A stretch of 52,823 nucleotides of DNA, filler included, from Sphacelaria rigidula (Eukaryota), in assembly GCA_964200075.2 (NCBI GenBank). It is 4 parts of 4 records of this genome, joined end to end, with 100 filler letters (N's around TTAATTAATTAA, not from the genome) between each part and the next. Parts side by side here need not be neighbours in the genome. Positions count along the whole stretch, not along the records: positions 1 to 13,131 come from CAXNAA020003128.1; 3 more parts are not named here. The stretch is one strand, 5' to 3'. The position numbers and the translations under genes were made by a program. The notes under the pieces were generated by a model. That model saw only the letters and a program-made list of their open reading frames with translations. It had not been told where the DNA came from and did no database searches. Shown here in pieces: positions 1 to 11,555 of this stretch. Each line of letters opens with the position of its first letter. Positions within the stretch are counted from its first letter, which is position 1.

Positions 1-6
1 GGTGGT

Positions 7-93
7 TTGAGTGCAAGCCTCGTCCGGCGAAAACCCGGCGTGCTCAGTCCCGGCTTTGTAGGGATGCGAGGTCAATGTGAACATGAGTACAAC
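7..93 (+). mobile_element. 3'-terminal fragment of a non-LTR retrotransposon (subfamily A)
   Basis: Close match to the reverse complement of 19022-19126 and to 893-954 (GGGATGCGAGGTCAATG...CATGAGTAC). Confidence 0.7.
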
Positions 94-892
94 GCTGTCG
101 CAGGGTCAGTCTCACACACTCTCCAAGTCATCGACTTCATTACGGGACGTTGGCCAACAAAGGCCTATCAAATAGGATGCCCTGCATTATCCGTCATGAT
201 GCCTGCAGAACTAGCAAGTCCCACTGGCACGTCCCACTGGGATCTCAAGGTGCCACTGGTACATCCCGCCGGCACCTCAGGTCCTAGTGGGACGAGGCAG
301 TGGCAACTGCCAGCGATTCAAGGGGGAAGTTGACAGTCTATCTGTGTTACTGTGGATCACGGTGACCAAACCGGCACCGCGATGGCACCGCGAACGAGCG
401 GGGTGGGAGATGAGGATAGCACGCGCGCACCTGACCGACAGCAGGAGAGTGCGAACCGGGAAACATACTCCCAATATGTTCGCCAGTCGGCAGTTCGTCT
501 CGATTCATGTGTTGAGGTCGAGAAAAAGGAACGTTCTACGACATTTCACAGAATAATACAGGTTAGCTCAGTTTGCTGAAATTGATCGATACGGGAAAGG
601 GAGCGTCGTCAAGACCAATTCATCACCACACAGCGATTTCTCAGCGAAGCTTGATTGAAGGCCGTATTGGAGTCGTCCTACGATGGAGGGGGTACTTTGG
701 GCCGTTTCTTCCACAAAAAAATCACTGTAAATCGTTGTTGAAACACCACCTTTTTGTTTCAACGAGCGTAGTACCAACAAGCACATTTATTCATATTGCT
801 CGGCATCGTTTTCACCCGATTAAAAGCGCACCGCGAGTATGTTTGGTCGCCCGACACACCTATGAGCCCCTGTTTTCATATAATCTACCCCC

Positions 893-969
893 GGCGTTGT
901 AGCGATGCGAGGTCAATGGTCCAATAACTATGGCATGCATGATCATGAGTACAACCCCCCCCCCCCCCC
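893..969 (+). mobile_element. Short 3' end of a LINE (subfamily A) followed by C15
   Basis: TTGTAGCGATGCGAGGTCAATGGTCC...CATGAGTACAA, then a C-run at 955-969. Same terminal motif as 7-93 and 19017-19126. Confidence 0.7.
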
Positions 970-2111
970 TATTACTTTTCTTGGGATGCACACATGAAAA
1001 AAGTAATAGAAAAGGGTGAGGCACAGATAGGCAGGATGGTCGTGATCCTCAGAGACCCGCGCCTAGACATTCGGATTAAGAGATGTATTATGGTAAACGT
1101 GATCGTACCAAAGCTGGAATATGCAGGAGAAGTATGGGAGGGGAACGTGAAGTTGGTGAAAAAGTTGGAAACAGTTCAGATGGCAGCAGCTAAGAGAATA
1201 CTTGGATGCTCGAAAACGACGAGTGATTCAGCGTCGAGAGCAGAGGTGGGAATGTGCTCACTCAAACCAGAGACATGAGGAAATTGCGATGGCTTTATAG
1301 CGTAAAAAACACGCAGAAAAAGAGATTGCCAGCTATAGCTGGTACGGTTGTAAGGAAGAAAAGTACGAAAGGGCATGCTATACGGTGTTATAAAGAAGTC
1401 GAGAAAGTATGGAAGGAGATAGGAAACCAAGACGAATTCTGTACATAGGTGAAGGCGCGGGGTACAAGACAAAAGTAAGAGACATGCTAGAAATAAGGGG
1501 AAAAGGAGCGCTCAGACGCAAGGTAGACGAGGAAAAACACCTGAAAATATACGGGGGGTTGAGAGAGGGGATAGAGATGAAAACATATCTGCATGGCACC
1601 ATGGACGCGGCAAAATATTTGAAACTGCGATTTCGGGTGGGGGACCTGCACCTGCCATAAAGAAGGAAGAGATATTCCACTAGTCGTGTGGAGGAGGAAG
1701 TAGATGCACAGAAGTGCCTCTGTAGCAAAGTAATATAATGCAGAAGTCATATTGTGGCAGAATATGAACTATACAAGGAGGAACGGGACGTGCTAGAGGG
1801 GGAAACGCGGGACGTGAACGAAGGTGGCATGGAATCGTTTGATGCATCAGACAGTAGGGAGAAAACGATGGTTATACTAGGAGATGGATGGTGGCCACAG
1901 ACGGCGAAACCGGACGGGGATAAGATATATAAAAGGCTCTTGTGCAATGTGTAGAAGACACGTAATGAGCTATGGAAGAAACGTAATGAGCGCTGGAATG
2001 TTCGAGGTGTCTCTATTAGGAGTAGGAACGGTGCTCCGTCTCGAAAGGGATGCGTGGTGAATGGTCGAACGACTAAGGCAAGCAACAAATGAGTACGCCC
2101 CCCCCCCTCCC
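970..2111 (+). mobile_element. 5'-truncated, frameshifted LINE (RTEX/L1-like): end of RT, degenerate Cys/His region and 3' end
   Basis: Broken ORFs 994-1278, 1254-1448, 1409-1660 and 1754-1954 read as one degraded protein (WDAHMKKV...PKLEYAGEVW...LETVQMAAAKRILGCSKTTS...KLRFRVGDLHL...KCLC...HIVAEY), typical of the post-RT part of LINE ORF2. The 3' end recurs at 28780-29002 and 48433-48506. Clade is uncertain. Confidence 0.8.
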
Positions 2112-4223
2112 AATTGAGCTTAATTTAGTGCAAGATTGAGCTATCGTGCAATTGTTTACTCATTATGTGTCACCCCTCGTGTAAACGATCTCTTTTTCAT
2201 GCATACAGCTGAAGTTGATTTGAGGACATGGGCTTCGAAGTCGAAACGAGATGCTTTTTGTTTCGTAACTTCTCGCGGAGTAAGTGGCGATCGAAGCACG
2301 AGAAGCCACCCATCCTACACTCCGTGCAAGCACCTGCCGTGTCATCGTTCGAGAGTGATTTAAGCACAGGCTGGCCCCACATCTTGAGACAACAGGCGTT
2401 TCCGGGGCAAACAGCCGGAGCAATGGACGGCAGAGTACAGCGCACAAAGTAGGTTTCCTGCTGATCGCCTCGGGTTGCACCGCGCGGTCTGACCGATCAC
2501 TCCGGCGAGTGCATCATTCCGCAATATGTCGGCAAATCCAAGAAGACCTGGTGGTGGCAACACCTACGGGACGGATTGATGACAAAACCGACATAATACC
2601 TGACTTATTCCTCGATTGTCCCGATATTTGGTGGGCGCCTTGCTGATACCAAAACGTCTACTAAACACGAGAACAACGATTCCTATTTCGATACCAATTT
2701 TTCTTTTGTTCGGAAGTTGCGCCCAGAAAAAAAGAATTGGGATAACTAATGTCTGCAACAAGGTATGGGCCTGTCAAATACTCAGGGAAGGAACAAATAA
2801 TCCTGGGTTTTCTACTCGACGTTTGAGAGGTACGACCTGAGAGTTTGAGCAGAGGTGCGCATGAACGATTTTTAAGTCCATCATATACTGTTGTTTACAG
2901 CCCTATAATAGTCATCATTCACGAGATAAGGGCAGACTTTTCTCGAAAATGAACTTGAATAAACCGAAGTCCAAAAGTAAGGAAGTCTACGGTAATGATT
3001 AACTTCAAATGGTTGATGAGCGACTCTATTATAAATTTCAGGTCTAAACTCTAAAAAATTGAGTGAGAAGTGGCCGGAACGCCTATTTTTCAAGTCGTAC
3101 GATTGCCCTGTATACTGTTCCTGTTGTGGTTCTACCCACCATACCATAAACCTTCACACACCATGCACCTACTTACCACAGGTCTTATCTATTGTAAAAA
3201 ACACACTATGTTTGCGCGGTGTAATGAACTGCCTCCGTCATTCGAAGCCTACCTCACAGACAAATTTTCGTCGGCGGCGGCTGACACGGGATTACACAGG
3301 CGAAAAAATCCACGACATACATGAACAGCCCCCTACATATGTAGTCTATACATGCGACCAAAATATTGATGGAAATGGCCGGCCGATAGGATGATACTCG
3401 GAAATGAACTTGCTAGTGTTATACTGCAACATGCAAGGCGTTACCCCTTTTTTTTATATATACTCGTAATATATACGCATCTCCGTACACAAAACAAAGG
3501 GATATGGACAACTGAGGGACCCACATGCTGCGGGAGGAGGCGGAGAAATACGAGTTTACACCGCACATGCAACATTTCTTCGGCATGAGTGTAGCAGCAT
3601 ACTTTTCCGTGGAGCCACCACGCTCTTACATACTCTTGCATGAGAAACAGGGATCCAAAAATAGGTCCGAGCTATATCCAAAGGATCTCGTTCTAACTGA
3701 CCCACCCACCTGAGGCAAAAATGATCACTCGTCCATCGCCGTCAACTCAACGTTCGACGCTCCACCAACTCGAAGTGTGACGCTTCGTCTGGCTAGCTGC
3801 AGCCTCGAAATGCTACACGCGCCAACTTCCCGGAATCAGCTGTAACGAAAATGATCTGACGTTTGCGTCAGCCAACTTGCTCGGCGATGCTGTGTACACT
3901 GTCGACAACGAACTCCAGAAGCCTTAACATCATTTTTGTTATCATTATATCGGCTGTGCGAATAAGTATTCCATTGGTCACATTGCAGGTTAACGGCTCA
4001 AGTAATTTGTAAGGGGCCACGGGTTCGTCTCGGCGACGAATGGTCTGCTGAAGATAAAAACCCGCAAGTCACTCGAAGGGTGAGGTCGGACGCTTGCTCG
4101 CGTATAGTCTCGGGTGGGTCTTGACGTGATTCGAGGTGACTGTCGAGCAGGAACTTGGATGAAAACGTTTTCATCCTGCTTCAGAAGATACTGATTTATT
4201 CGCTGTTTAAGCTGTTATCTACC

Positions 4224-4562
4224 GCCGCGGCCCGGTAGTGTAAATTAAAATGGTCCGGCTGTCAGCAGTAGGTTGGAGATAACGTGGGTTCGATTCCCGA
4301 TGCGTTGGGTTTTTTTCTTCGAAGTATCTGACTTCCAGCCTCGAAAGTGTAAGTACGTGAGTAAGCTGAGAGTAGTCGACTGTGACTGAATTTGTTCGAC
4401 GGCAGTCGACGCGGAGTAGAGGTGTGAATCAGATCCGCGAGCTAAAATTGCAAGGCGTGTAACGGGGAGAGACATGGGTTGGTCCCCGGAGACCACGAAA
4501 TCGCCCCGAGGAAGGGGAGGGGAGGAAAAAGTGCAACAAATAAATAAAGTAAGGATAATAGC
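4224..4562 (+). mobile_element. tRNA-derived SINE (family 2)
   Basis: A-box-like CCGGTAGTGTAA and B box GGTTCGATTCCC. The 3' body (GCAAGGCGTGTA.CGGGGAGAGA...GAGACCACG...CCGAGGAAGGG) is shared with 29211-29590 and 49136-49272, and the tail is A-rich. Confidence 0.7.
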
Positions 4563-5533
4563 ATATGACCGACAGGTAGCGTGTTGAACGATTCTTATTT
4601 GCTGGCCGGGTAGCCGAGTGACGGTTCTGACCCTACCAGATATGATTGGATGGCGGGTGTAATTTTGTTTTTAATCTTCCATTGGTCATTCACTCGTGAT
4701 GGTTCGATCCGTATACACGTTGCAAAAAAAAACAATACATCGGGAAACGCCAAGTTTCACCGGTAATCCCCAGCCGTTCGTTGATTCGTTGTGCTACACA
4801 GTACCCCATCGAGATCTTTCTACCGGTGCCTTGTGCCAACATATTTCAAACCAGAATACGGTCACTACCAACCGATCACTGATTCCGGCTTCGAATGTCA
4901 TATTGCCCCTATAATATATGAAACATATACAGGGAAAGAGAGTCAATGCTTGACTCGAGCAGTACTGCACATCGACTTCCGAGTATCCTCCTATCGGCCG
5001 TGTATACACGTCTTGGATCTTCACCTCTGTAGTACCTTATACCAGCGGGCCATCATGAATATATATATATATATATATATGTGTATACCAATTACGGACC
5101 ACTGCACGATCCAGGCGTGCGACATACTTTTCGCTTTAAGCTACAATAGAGACTACCGTTGGTGACTACCCCCGTGTGACAATATCTTTCAACCCCAACA
5201 CTGTGAAACATGACCATGCTCACTGGAAGACCCCGCATATCGTAAGGGAAGTGCATGCAATCGTTCTCGCGGACAAAGTCAGAGGAGGTAGCGCGGGCGC
5301 CTTTCGCAAAAACTGAGATAGAAACCAAACATTCCTCGGCGGATATTCTTCCAAAACCTACGGCGTGCATGTGTCTACCGCCGTGGGGACAACCTCTTCG
5401 CGGGTGGGACGTTCAATTCATATTCCTGCGTCGCCCCGTGATGCACGACGGTGAGTGCAGACGGCGACACGCTTCTTTATCCCCATCCAGCTGAAGAACT
5501 GTGGGGACAAAAAAACGAAACCATCCGCGCCGA

Positions 5534-8500
5534 TCACTCAAAATCGTCACCATACTCATCCGCGGCGTCTTCGCTCCCAGCAAAGTTATCGCCGTACTCA
5601 TCCTCATTTGCGGTGTCTTCGTTATTGTCCACTGGCAATATATCCTCACCACCCTCCTTTGCTGCCTCGACAATCGCTTCTCCTGCAGCTTCGCTGGTGA
5701 TGTCGTCACTCTCCTCGCCACCCCGTCCAACACCGCTGGTGAAATTTCCGGCATCACTATCGCCGGCACTACCATGACCATCATCGCTGCGGTGGCCTTC
5801 CTCGAAGTCAGTGTTACCCTCCACAATCGGTGGTTCCATACGCACACCCCTAGATTGAGCAGCGTCATAACAGTCCCCGGCTTCGCGATCTTTTCTTGCC
5901 CGAGCTTCAACCGGAGCCTTTGCCGAGCCTGCGACACCCGTCGTAGACGGAGGGTTGCTGGCTTCGTCCGCGAAGGCCGTCTCACACACGGAAGGATCGT
6001 ACACATCACCATCCCGGTCGACACCACCGCCACAACTACCACTGCCACTACTATCACCACGACGACGCCGACTTGAACTACTTTTACAGGTGCTATGTCG
6101 TTGGGGGGATCCCGCTACAGTTCTTTCACCCTCTGCTTCCTCACTCGCGGAAGGCAACGAAGGGGGTGTTGGGGGTGACCGTCGTTGCGTCTCGTCGGTT
6201 GATGCAACAAAAGCCTGTTCTCGACATGATAACGATGATGATGATGATGATGATGACAATTGACTATTCATGCTATTTGTTTCATCCTCATCGCCGCCGG
6301 GCAGCACAAGTTCCTTGCTATCATCTCTGAGTACATCACTTGGAACAGCAAAGGCCATCTGCTTTTGTACATCTTCGTCGGCATCAGAACGATGACGACA
6401 ACTCGGCGTTTGCCTCGGATCCAGCTCTGCTCGCGTGCTGCTAGAAATTTCCTCATTCCTACCCATTCCTGCATCGACATCGGTCCCGCTCATCTCGCCA
6501 TCATCCGCGTTCGAAGCACCGCCGAAATTCCTCACGGAAATGACATCCATTTCTCGATTAACGTGAGATATCGCTTTCCGCTCCACAACGGATCCATCAT
6601 TGCCGGCAGATATCGCGGCCTGGCTATGAGCTAGTTCATCTCTAACTTCGAAACCGCGATCTTCCTCTCTCACAATTATGTCTTCACGAGACTCGCCATC
6701 AGCCCCGGAACCTCGGGACCTCATATCCTCTGAAGCAACCGTTTCGTTTGATTTGGGTACTTTGCTCAGCAATGGCGGCGAAGATGTCAACGGAGGATCG
6801 TTGTGGTTGCCTCTTTCTGCACTCGAAAGGCTCCTTACGCTATGTCGGCCAACGGGACGGGAAGAAGAAGACAACGTGGGCTGTCCTCGTTCGGATGATG
6901 TGGCGTCGAGCGGCTCCTTGCCACTCCTGTGGCTGCCTTGTAGATCTGTTCGGGGCGCAGTAATGAACCGCTCGTCGCGATTGTAACGGTGAGATGAAGA
7001 AGGCTTGTCCTGGTGGCCACGTGAATTGACTTTGTCGGTGCTTTCGTCAGGAGCCATTGAGGCCCTGCTTTCCTCAGTTCGAACACTAGATGTGCTCTCA
7101 TCGAGGACTTTACTATGATCGTCTGTACTGCTAAAGCTACTTGCGCCGGGAACTTCTTGGACGTCGTTTCCATTGCGATTTTTGCTGGCTTGGTTCGTGC
7201 TGTCGCCCCCACTCGTTCTACTCCTTCTCCCGCGTTTTCGAATCCGTGTGCGCCCGGAAGAACCAGCTTCCTGTTCGTTGTTATATCCTCCATTTTTGCT
7301 ACAATCGTTGGCTCGATCATTGTCGACAGCTTCGCCCCGTACACGAGGTGAATTGCTGCTCGTTCCATCGTCACCTCTCGCGGACCTTACGTCCGACACG
7401 CTGCGCAGCAGACTCGCTTGGGCGTCTTTGACACCCTCCAACGCAACGCCGTCATCCGCGTGTTGTTTTGGGAATGCGCACGGACGCTCTCCGTCAGCAA
7501 CGACCTTTCCCCCGTTCAATGCGCCACCACTCAGGCCAACATCCTTGCCCGACTTCGTCGGGATCGTCACGCTACTGATGATGGGTGACCCCTTCACTAC
7601 GGGTGGCGAAGACGGTATCATTGTCTCGCAACTTTCGTGCTTATCCTCTTCCATCCAAGACGATAGCGTTCGATTACTCGAGCGTGCCCACGGCGTGTGC
7701 ACCTTCTTCGATCCCGGGGAAGACATCCCAATGTCGCTATCGCAACGTCGAGAAGGTGCGGAAAGCGGCCGAGCACGGTAACCACCACCTTTTGGTTCCC
7801 TAACTACTGCCGCCCGCTTTCTACTTGCGCTCATATTCTGCACCCTGATGTCATCGGTTGGGTATACACCCTTTGATCCAAGATTTCCGAACGAAGAGCG
7901 CCTCTGATCCATCGCACTATGATGCCCCCCAGGTCGTTGCCGCAGCCGAGTTTTCGGGACAGCGTTTCGTTGCCGCGGCGAAACAACATTTCGCGCTGAT
8001 GATGGCCCACCCGCCGTCCGCAGGGCCATCCGAGCCGCGCATGGCGGAGAACGTTTCCCGAATGGGGAAGTCGGGCGACTTCGTCGTACGGATGTCGGGG
8101 CGATGTCCGCGTCGCCATGCATTTCGGCATCCAGGATCTCTTGGGCCACGACTCGAGCGGTTGCTGCTCTCACTCGACGGCGATGTGTCTGCATCGGGTT
8201 TGTGGCGTACACGTCGCTTCCTTGCCTTCCCTCTTTTGGATTTGCCCTATCCTCCACGTGCGATGGTGCTTGCCGAAATTCCTGATCATACTTGTTGAAG
8301 GATAAACGTGTGCAATCCCATCGGCCCGCAACTGCCTCTGTTGGCGTCCTTCCCCAGGTGGGGTCTGCTAAGTCTAGGTCATCGTTCCATGGCATGCGCC
8401 GTTGTCCGTCGTTTCCCTCGGAGGGAAAGTCGGCGACTTGAGCCGATGTGTGTTCGTCGCCCCTGGAGCAACGTTCACTTGGTGACACTGTGAACGAAGA

Positions 8501-8599
8501 CAGCCCAAGCTGGTGCCGAGACAGCAAAGTTTTCAGCCTGCGCGTTTCAAGCAGGTATTCCTCTGTCGCCGCCGCCATCTCCGCGATAGCGGACGATTC
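5534..8599 (-). CDS. Exon 3 (last) of IQCE-like coiled-coil protein; long disordered S/D/E-rich C-terminus
   Basis: 1014-aa ORF. The AG acceptor at 8601-8600 gives in-frame ESSAIAEMAAATEEYLLETRRLKTLL. Ends in the acidic repeat DEYGDNF...DEYGDDFE*. Confidence 0.85.
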   Translation of the reverse strand, partial: ESSAIAEMAAATEEYLLETRRLKTLLSRHQLGLSSFTVSPSERCSRGDEHTSAQVADFPSEGNDGQRRMPWNDDLDLADPTWGRTPTEAVAGRWDCTRLSFNKYDQEFRQAPSHVEDRANPKEGRQGSDVYATNPMQTHRRRVRAATARVVAQEILDAEMHGDADIAPTSVRRSRPTSPFGKRSPPCAARMALRTAGGPSSARNVVSPRQRNAVPKTRLRQRPGGHHSAMDQRRSSFGNLGSKGVYPTDDIRVQNMSASRKRAAVVREPKGGGYRARPLSAPSRRCDSDIGMSSPGSKKVHTPWARSSNRTLSSWMEEDKHESCETMIPSSPPVVKGSPIISSVTIPTKSGKDVGLSGGALNGGKVVADGERPCAFPKQHADDGVALEGVKDAQASLLRSVSDVRSARGDDGTSSNSPRVRGEAVDNDRANDCSKNGGYNNEQEAGSSGRTRIRKRGRRSRTSGGDSTNQASKNRNGNDVQEVPGASSFSSTDDHSKVLDESTSSVRTEESRASMAPDESTDKVNSRGHQDKPSSSHRYNRDERFITAPRTDLQGSHRSGKEPLDATSSERGQPTLSSSSRPVGRHSVRSLSSAERGNHNDPPLTSSPPLLSKVPKSNETVASEDMRSRGSGADGESREDIIVREEDRGFEVRDELAHSQAAISAGNDGSVVERKAISHVNREMDVISVRNFGGASNADDGEMSGTDVDAGMGRNEEISSSTRAELDPRQTPSCRHRSDADEDVQKQMAFAVPSDVLRDDSKELVLPGGDEDETNSMNSQLSSSSSSSSLSCREQAFVASTDETQRRSPPTPPSLPSASEEAEGERTVAGSPQRHSTCKSSSSRRRRGDSSGSGSCGGGVDRDGDVYDPSVCETAFADEASNPPSTTGVAGSAKAPVEARARKDREAGDCYDAAQSRGVRMEPPIVEGNTDFEEGHRSDDGHGSAGDSDAGNFTSGVGRGGEESDDITSEAAGEAIVEAAKEGGEDILPVDNNEDTANEDEYGDNFAGSEDAADEYGDDFE

Positions 8600-8839
8600 C
8601 TGATGTTAATCCGCCGTCGAAAAACGACAATCTGTTGCATTATTCAACTCGTGACCTTGTATGCGTGCATGTTGTAGATCAAACTGTACTCATCTTCGCG
8701 TACGTACGCGATCGTCTTGGTGACCTTGCGTACGGGTGTCAAGCGGTGTTCGACCGAGCAACCTTGCATCAGTGCTACTAGTGTTGAGCTCTATACGCGC
8801 AAATATGTCAATCGGAGTAGTGCAGCCAAGGCAGCCCAC

Positions 8840-8978
8840 CTGCGTCCGCTTGAGAGTCTCTATTTCTCTATTCCGCGCCTCTAACGCCTCCTGCAGATGC
8901 CGCCGCTGCTGTAGCAGCATTCTCACAACTGCGCACTTCCGCAGCTCGCATCGAGCGTTACTCACTAGCCGCTCGTTC
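8840..8978 (-). CDS. Exon 2 of IQCE-like coiled-coil protein
   Basis: Acceptor TCCTCCCTTCAG and donor CAG|GTGGGC. Phases (2 in, 0 out) fit both neighbouring exons. Encodes the coiled coil RMLLQQRRHLQEALEARNREIETLKRTQ. Confidence 0.8.
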
Positions 8979-9472
8979 CTGAAGGGAGGAGTCATAGCAC
9001 GACGGTGGGGTCATTTGACTGACATTCAGGCACTTTTTTTGTGCGAACATCACGCTGAATCCTTGAGAACACAATGCCAGGAGGAACAGCTGTTTTCAGT
9101 GTTTGTTGAGGCGGGGTTCGCACGGTGCGCACCGTGACCACAGTAGTCGGTATGCATGGGTTCAGGCACTCGAGCAGTGAGTGTCATACGGCACTACAGC
9201 AGTTTTTCCTGCTCCTGTTCACGTTTCTATCCCAAACCACTATTTCAGACGCCTCCACGAAGGAGACCCTCTCGTATTCTACACATCGGAACAAAAGACG
9301 CACATGGCACATCAAGTGTGTGGAATTCAAGGCCCGACAAGTATTCTGCAGTAATATACAAGCGGGCCACGAGAACCCAGGCACCTGAAAAACGAATTAC
9401 GTAGTATACTAGGAACACTCGTTTCCGAGTACTTGGCGTCAAACCTCACAAAACGTTGTGCCAGCTACATCC

Positions 9473-10346
9473 TGTTCGTCAGAATGAACTCCACCACTGA
9501 GTCAGCGCTGACTGAGTGACTCAGTGATGGAGCTCGTTCTGGCGAACAAAAGTGTTTTGAGTTTCCATCTCTCGGTGCCTTCTCCGGGTTGCCCCTTGCC
9601 GACGCTGCAGCTGACAAGGCCCAGTGCCTCAACCGCCTTCCCACGACAATGGGAAATATCCTCCCTCGACAATGGGAAAGATGAAGTGGTCACACCAAGA
9701 ATCGAGTTCGGGCCTGATTTCGGGGAAGAGGGAAACCCACCACTAGACCAAGTAGTCAGCGCTGACTAAGTGGCTCAGTGGTGGAGTTCGTTCTGAGGAA
9801 TAGAAGACGTGTTTTTGATTCGTGTTCGGCGCCTTCTCCGGGTTGTCCCTCGCCAACGCTGCAACAAGATTCTGTGCCTCTAGCGTCTTTCCACGACAAT
9901 AGGAAGTATATTTCCTCTGCCTATGGGAGATATCTTTGCTCTACCTACGGAAAGAAGAAGTGATCGTACCGAGAATCGAACTCGGGTTCACTTCTATGCA
10001 GCAGGGGATTCCACGGCTAGACCCAACAGTCAGCGCTGACTAGTTGGTCTAGTGGTGGAATTCCCTCATTCATGAAAGCAGGACCGAACTCGATTCGCGG
10101 TATGATCACTTTTTCTTTCCCAAAGGCGTGAAAAGATATTTCCCATAGTTGTGGGAATGCGTTGGAGGCACTGCAACTTGTCAGCTGCAGCGTAGGCGAC
10201 GGGCAGCCCGGAGAAGGCGCCGAGCGATAAGATCGCAGAGCACTTGTTTGATTTGTCAGAACGAACTCCGTTGACTGAGTGGCTCAGCGATGGAATTCAT
10301 TTTAGCTGACTGAGTGGTTCAGTGGTGGAGTTCGATCTGACGAACA
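9473..10346. repeat. Intronic foldback/concatemeric element of ~255-275-bp units
   Basis: Outer inverted repeats TGTTCGTCAGAATGAACTCCACCACTGA / TCAGTGGTGGAGTTCGATCTGACGAACA. Palindromic junctions AGTCAGCGCTGACT at 9500, 9754 and 10028. Two direct units and one inverted unit. Confidence 0.85.
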
Positions 10347-10679
10347 TACCCAAAGAGTGTCCTGCCTATACCGGTAGCCGCTGCTACTTGTACATCTCAA
10401 CCCGCTTATCCGCTGTTCCACCTCACCCTAGGTCGTACTGAAGGAAGGTACGTGGGCAACGTGGGTGCAACGTGAACCAAGTCAACATCGTGTCAAGTCG
10501 TCTATGCGTTCGAAGCCTGATTCACCTTGTTGCACGCACGTTGTCGTCAGTTCCCAACAATCTGGGATGCTGGAAAAGTTGGTGGTGGCGTGGGATATCC
10601 TACACGAGACACCTGTAGGAGTACAACTCACGCCTTATCATCGTTTCCTAAACAGCTGTTCGGCTGTCCATTTGCGTAC

Positions 10680-11308
10680 CTCATACCGGGTGCTTGCTCG
10701 AGTTCGCCGAGGAGAACCTCCATTTTCCCGTCGGAGCGCAATAGCTCCTCCTCCAGCCTTGCGCAATACACGCGATACCTGCGATTACCCTCGGCAGCTG
10801 TATTCATAGCCTGCTTCAGCCGTTGGTTCTCGCCGTCGAGTGCCTCGTAATCCATGGCTTCTGCGCCTGTACCACGCCCACCCCATGTCGCGCGCGTGGC
10901 CATCGCCCGTCTCCGCCGCGCGATTTCCTCCCGCCGCCGTCGAAATTCTGCAGCAAACCTGTTGTTTTCAACCCACACGTCCATGTCTGCGCTCTTTCGT
11001 CTTTCGTGCATTGCTGGTGAAGTGCATCGACTTGGTGGAGCACACTGTCTGAGGATTTGGGCGGCCTGCATTCTGCTGGTACTGCTTCCGGCACTCGAAG
11101 GACGTCTAGCTGCACCACCACCCCCGGCAGCTTTCCTTGCCATCGCATTTCTGGTGACACCTCCAGCGCTGTACACGCTACGTTTGCGTGAAGGTAACGT
11201 TGTCGCACACATAGTCGCTGGACTCGCCGTGCTGCACCCACCACCTGCATAGGCAGCTGCAGTGTCAAAGGTGGCCCTGTCGCGCCAGTCTCGATCGCTA
11301 TGCCGCAT
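10680..11308 (-). CDS. Exon 1 of IQCE-like coiled-coil protein (start codon uncertain)
   Basis: Donor ATG AG|GTACGC (phase 2). MDYEALDGENQRLKQAMN...CARLEEELLRSDGKMEVLL resembles the IQCE N-terminal coiled coil as I recall it. From ATG 11308 the spliced CDS is 3834 nt (1277 aa). Confidence 0.7.
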
Positions 11309-11555
11309 GTTTCGTGACACACAGTATAGTTCTGTGACGAAGTACCGACAGCACCTGCTACCTGCCCGAAGAAGCATATTTAAAAAACGCGGGACAATTG
11401 CAAATTTAAAATAAGCGGTTTCAAGTTGGTCACGCCGCAGTTGGTTGTTGGTCAAATATCACGCTGTCTCTGCAATTAGACAGCTCACAGTACAGTCTCG
11501 TCCATCTTGCACGGCAAGCAGTGTATGACTCCTCTCCATTCTGTTCCACTACACC

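Noticed and set aside
5413-8493. Many 60-215 aa ORFs overlapping the large exon
   Set aside because: Antisense and alternate-frame shadows of a GC-rich coding exon, with no recognisable motifs.
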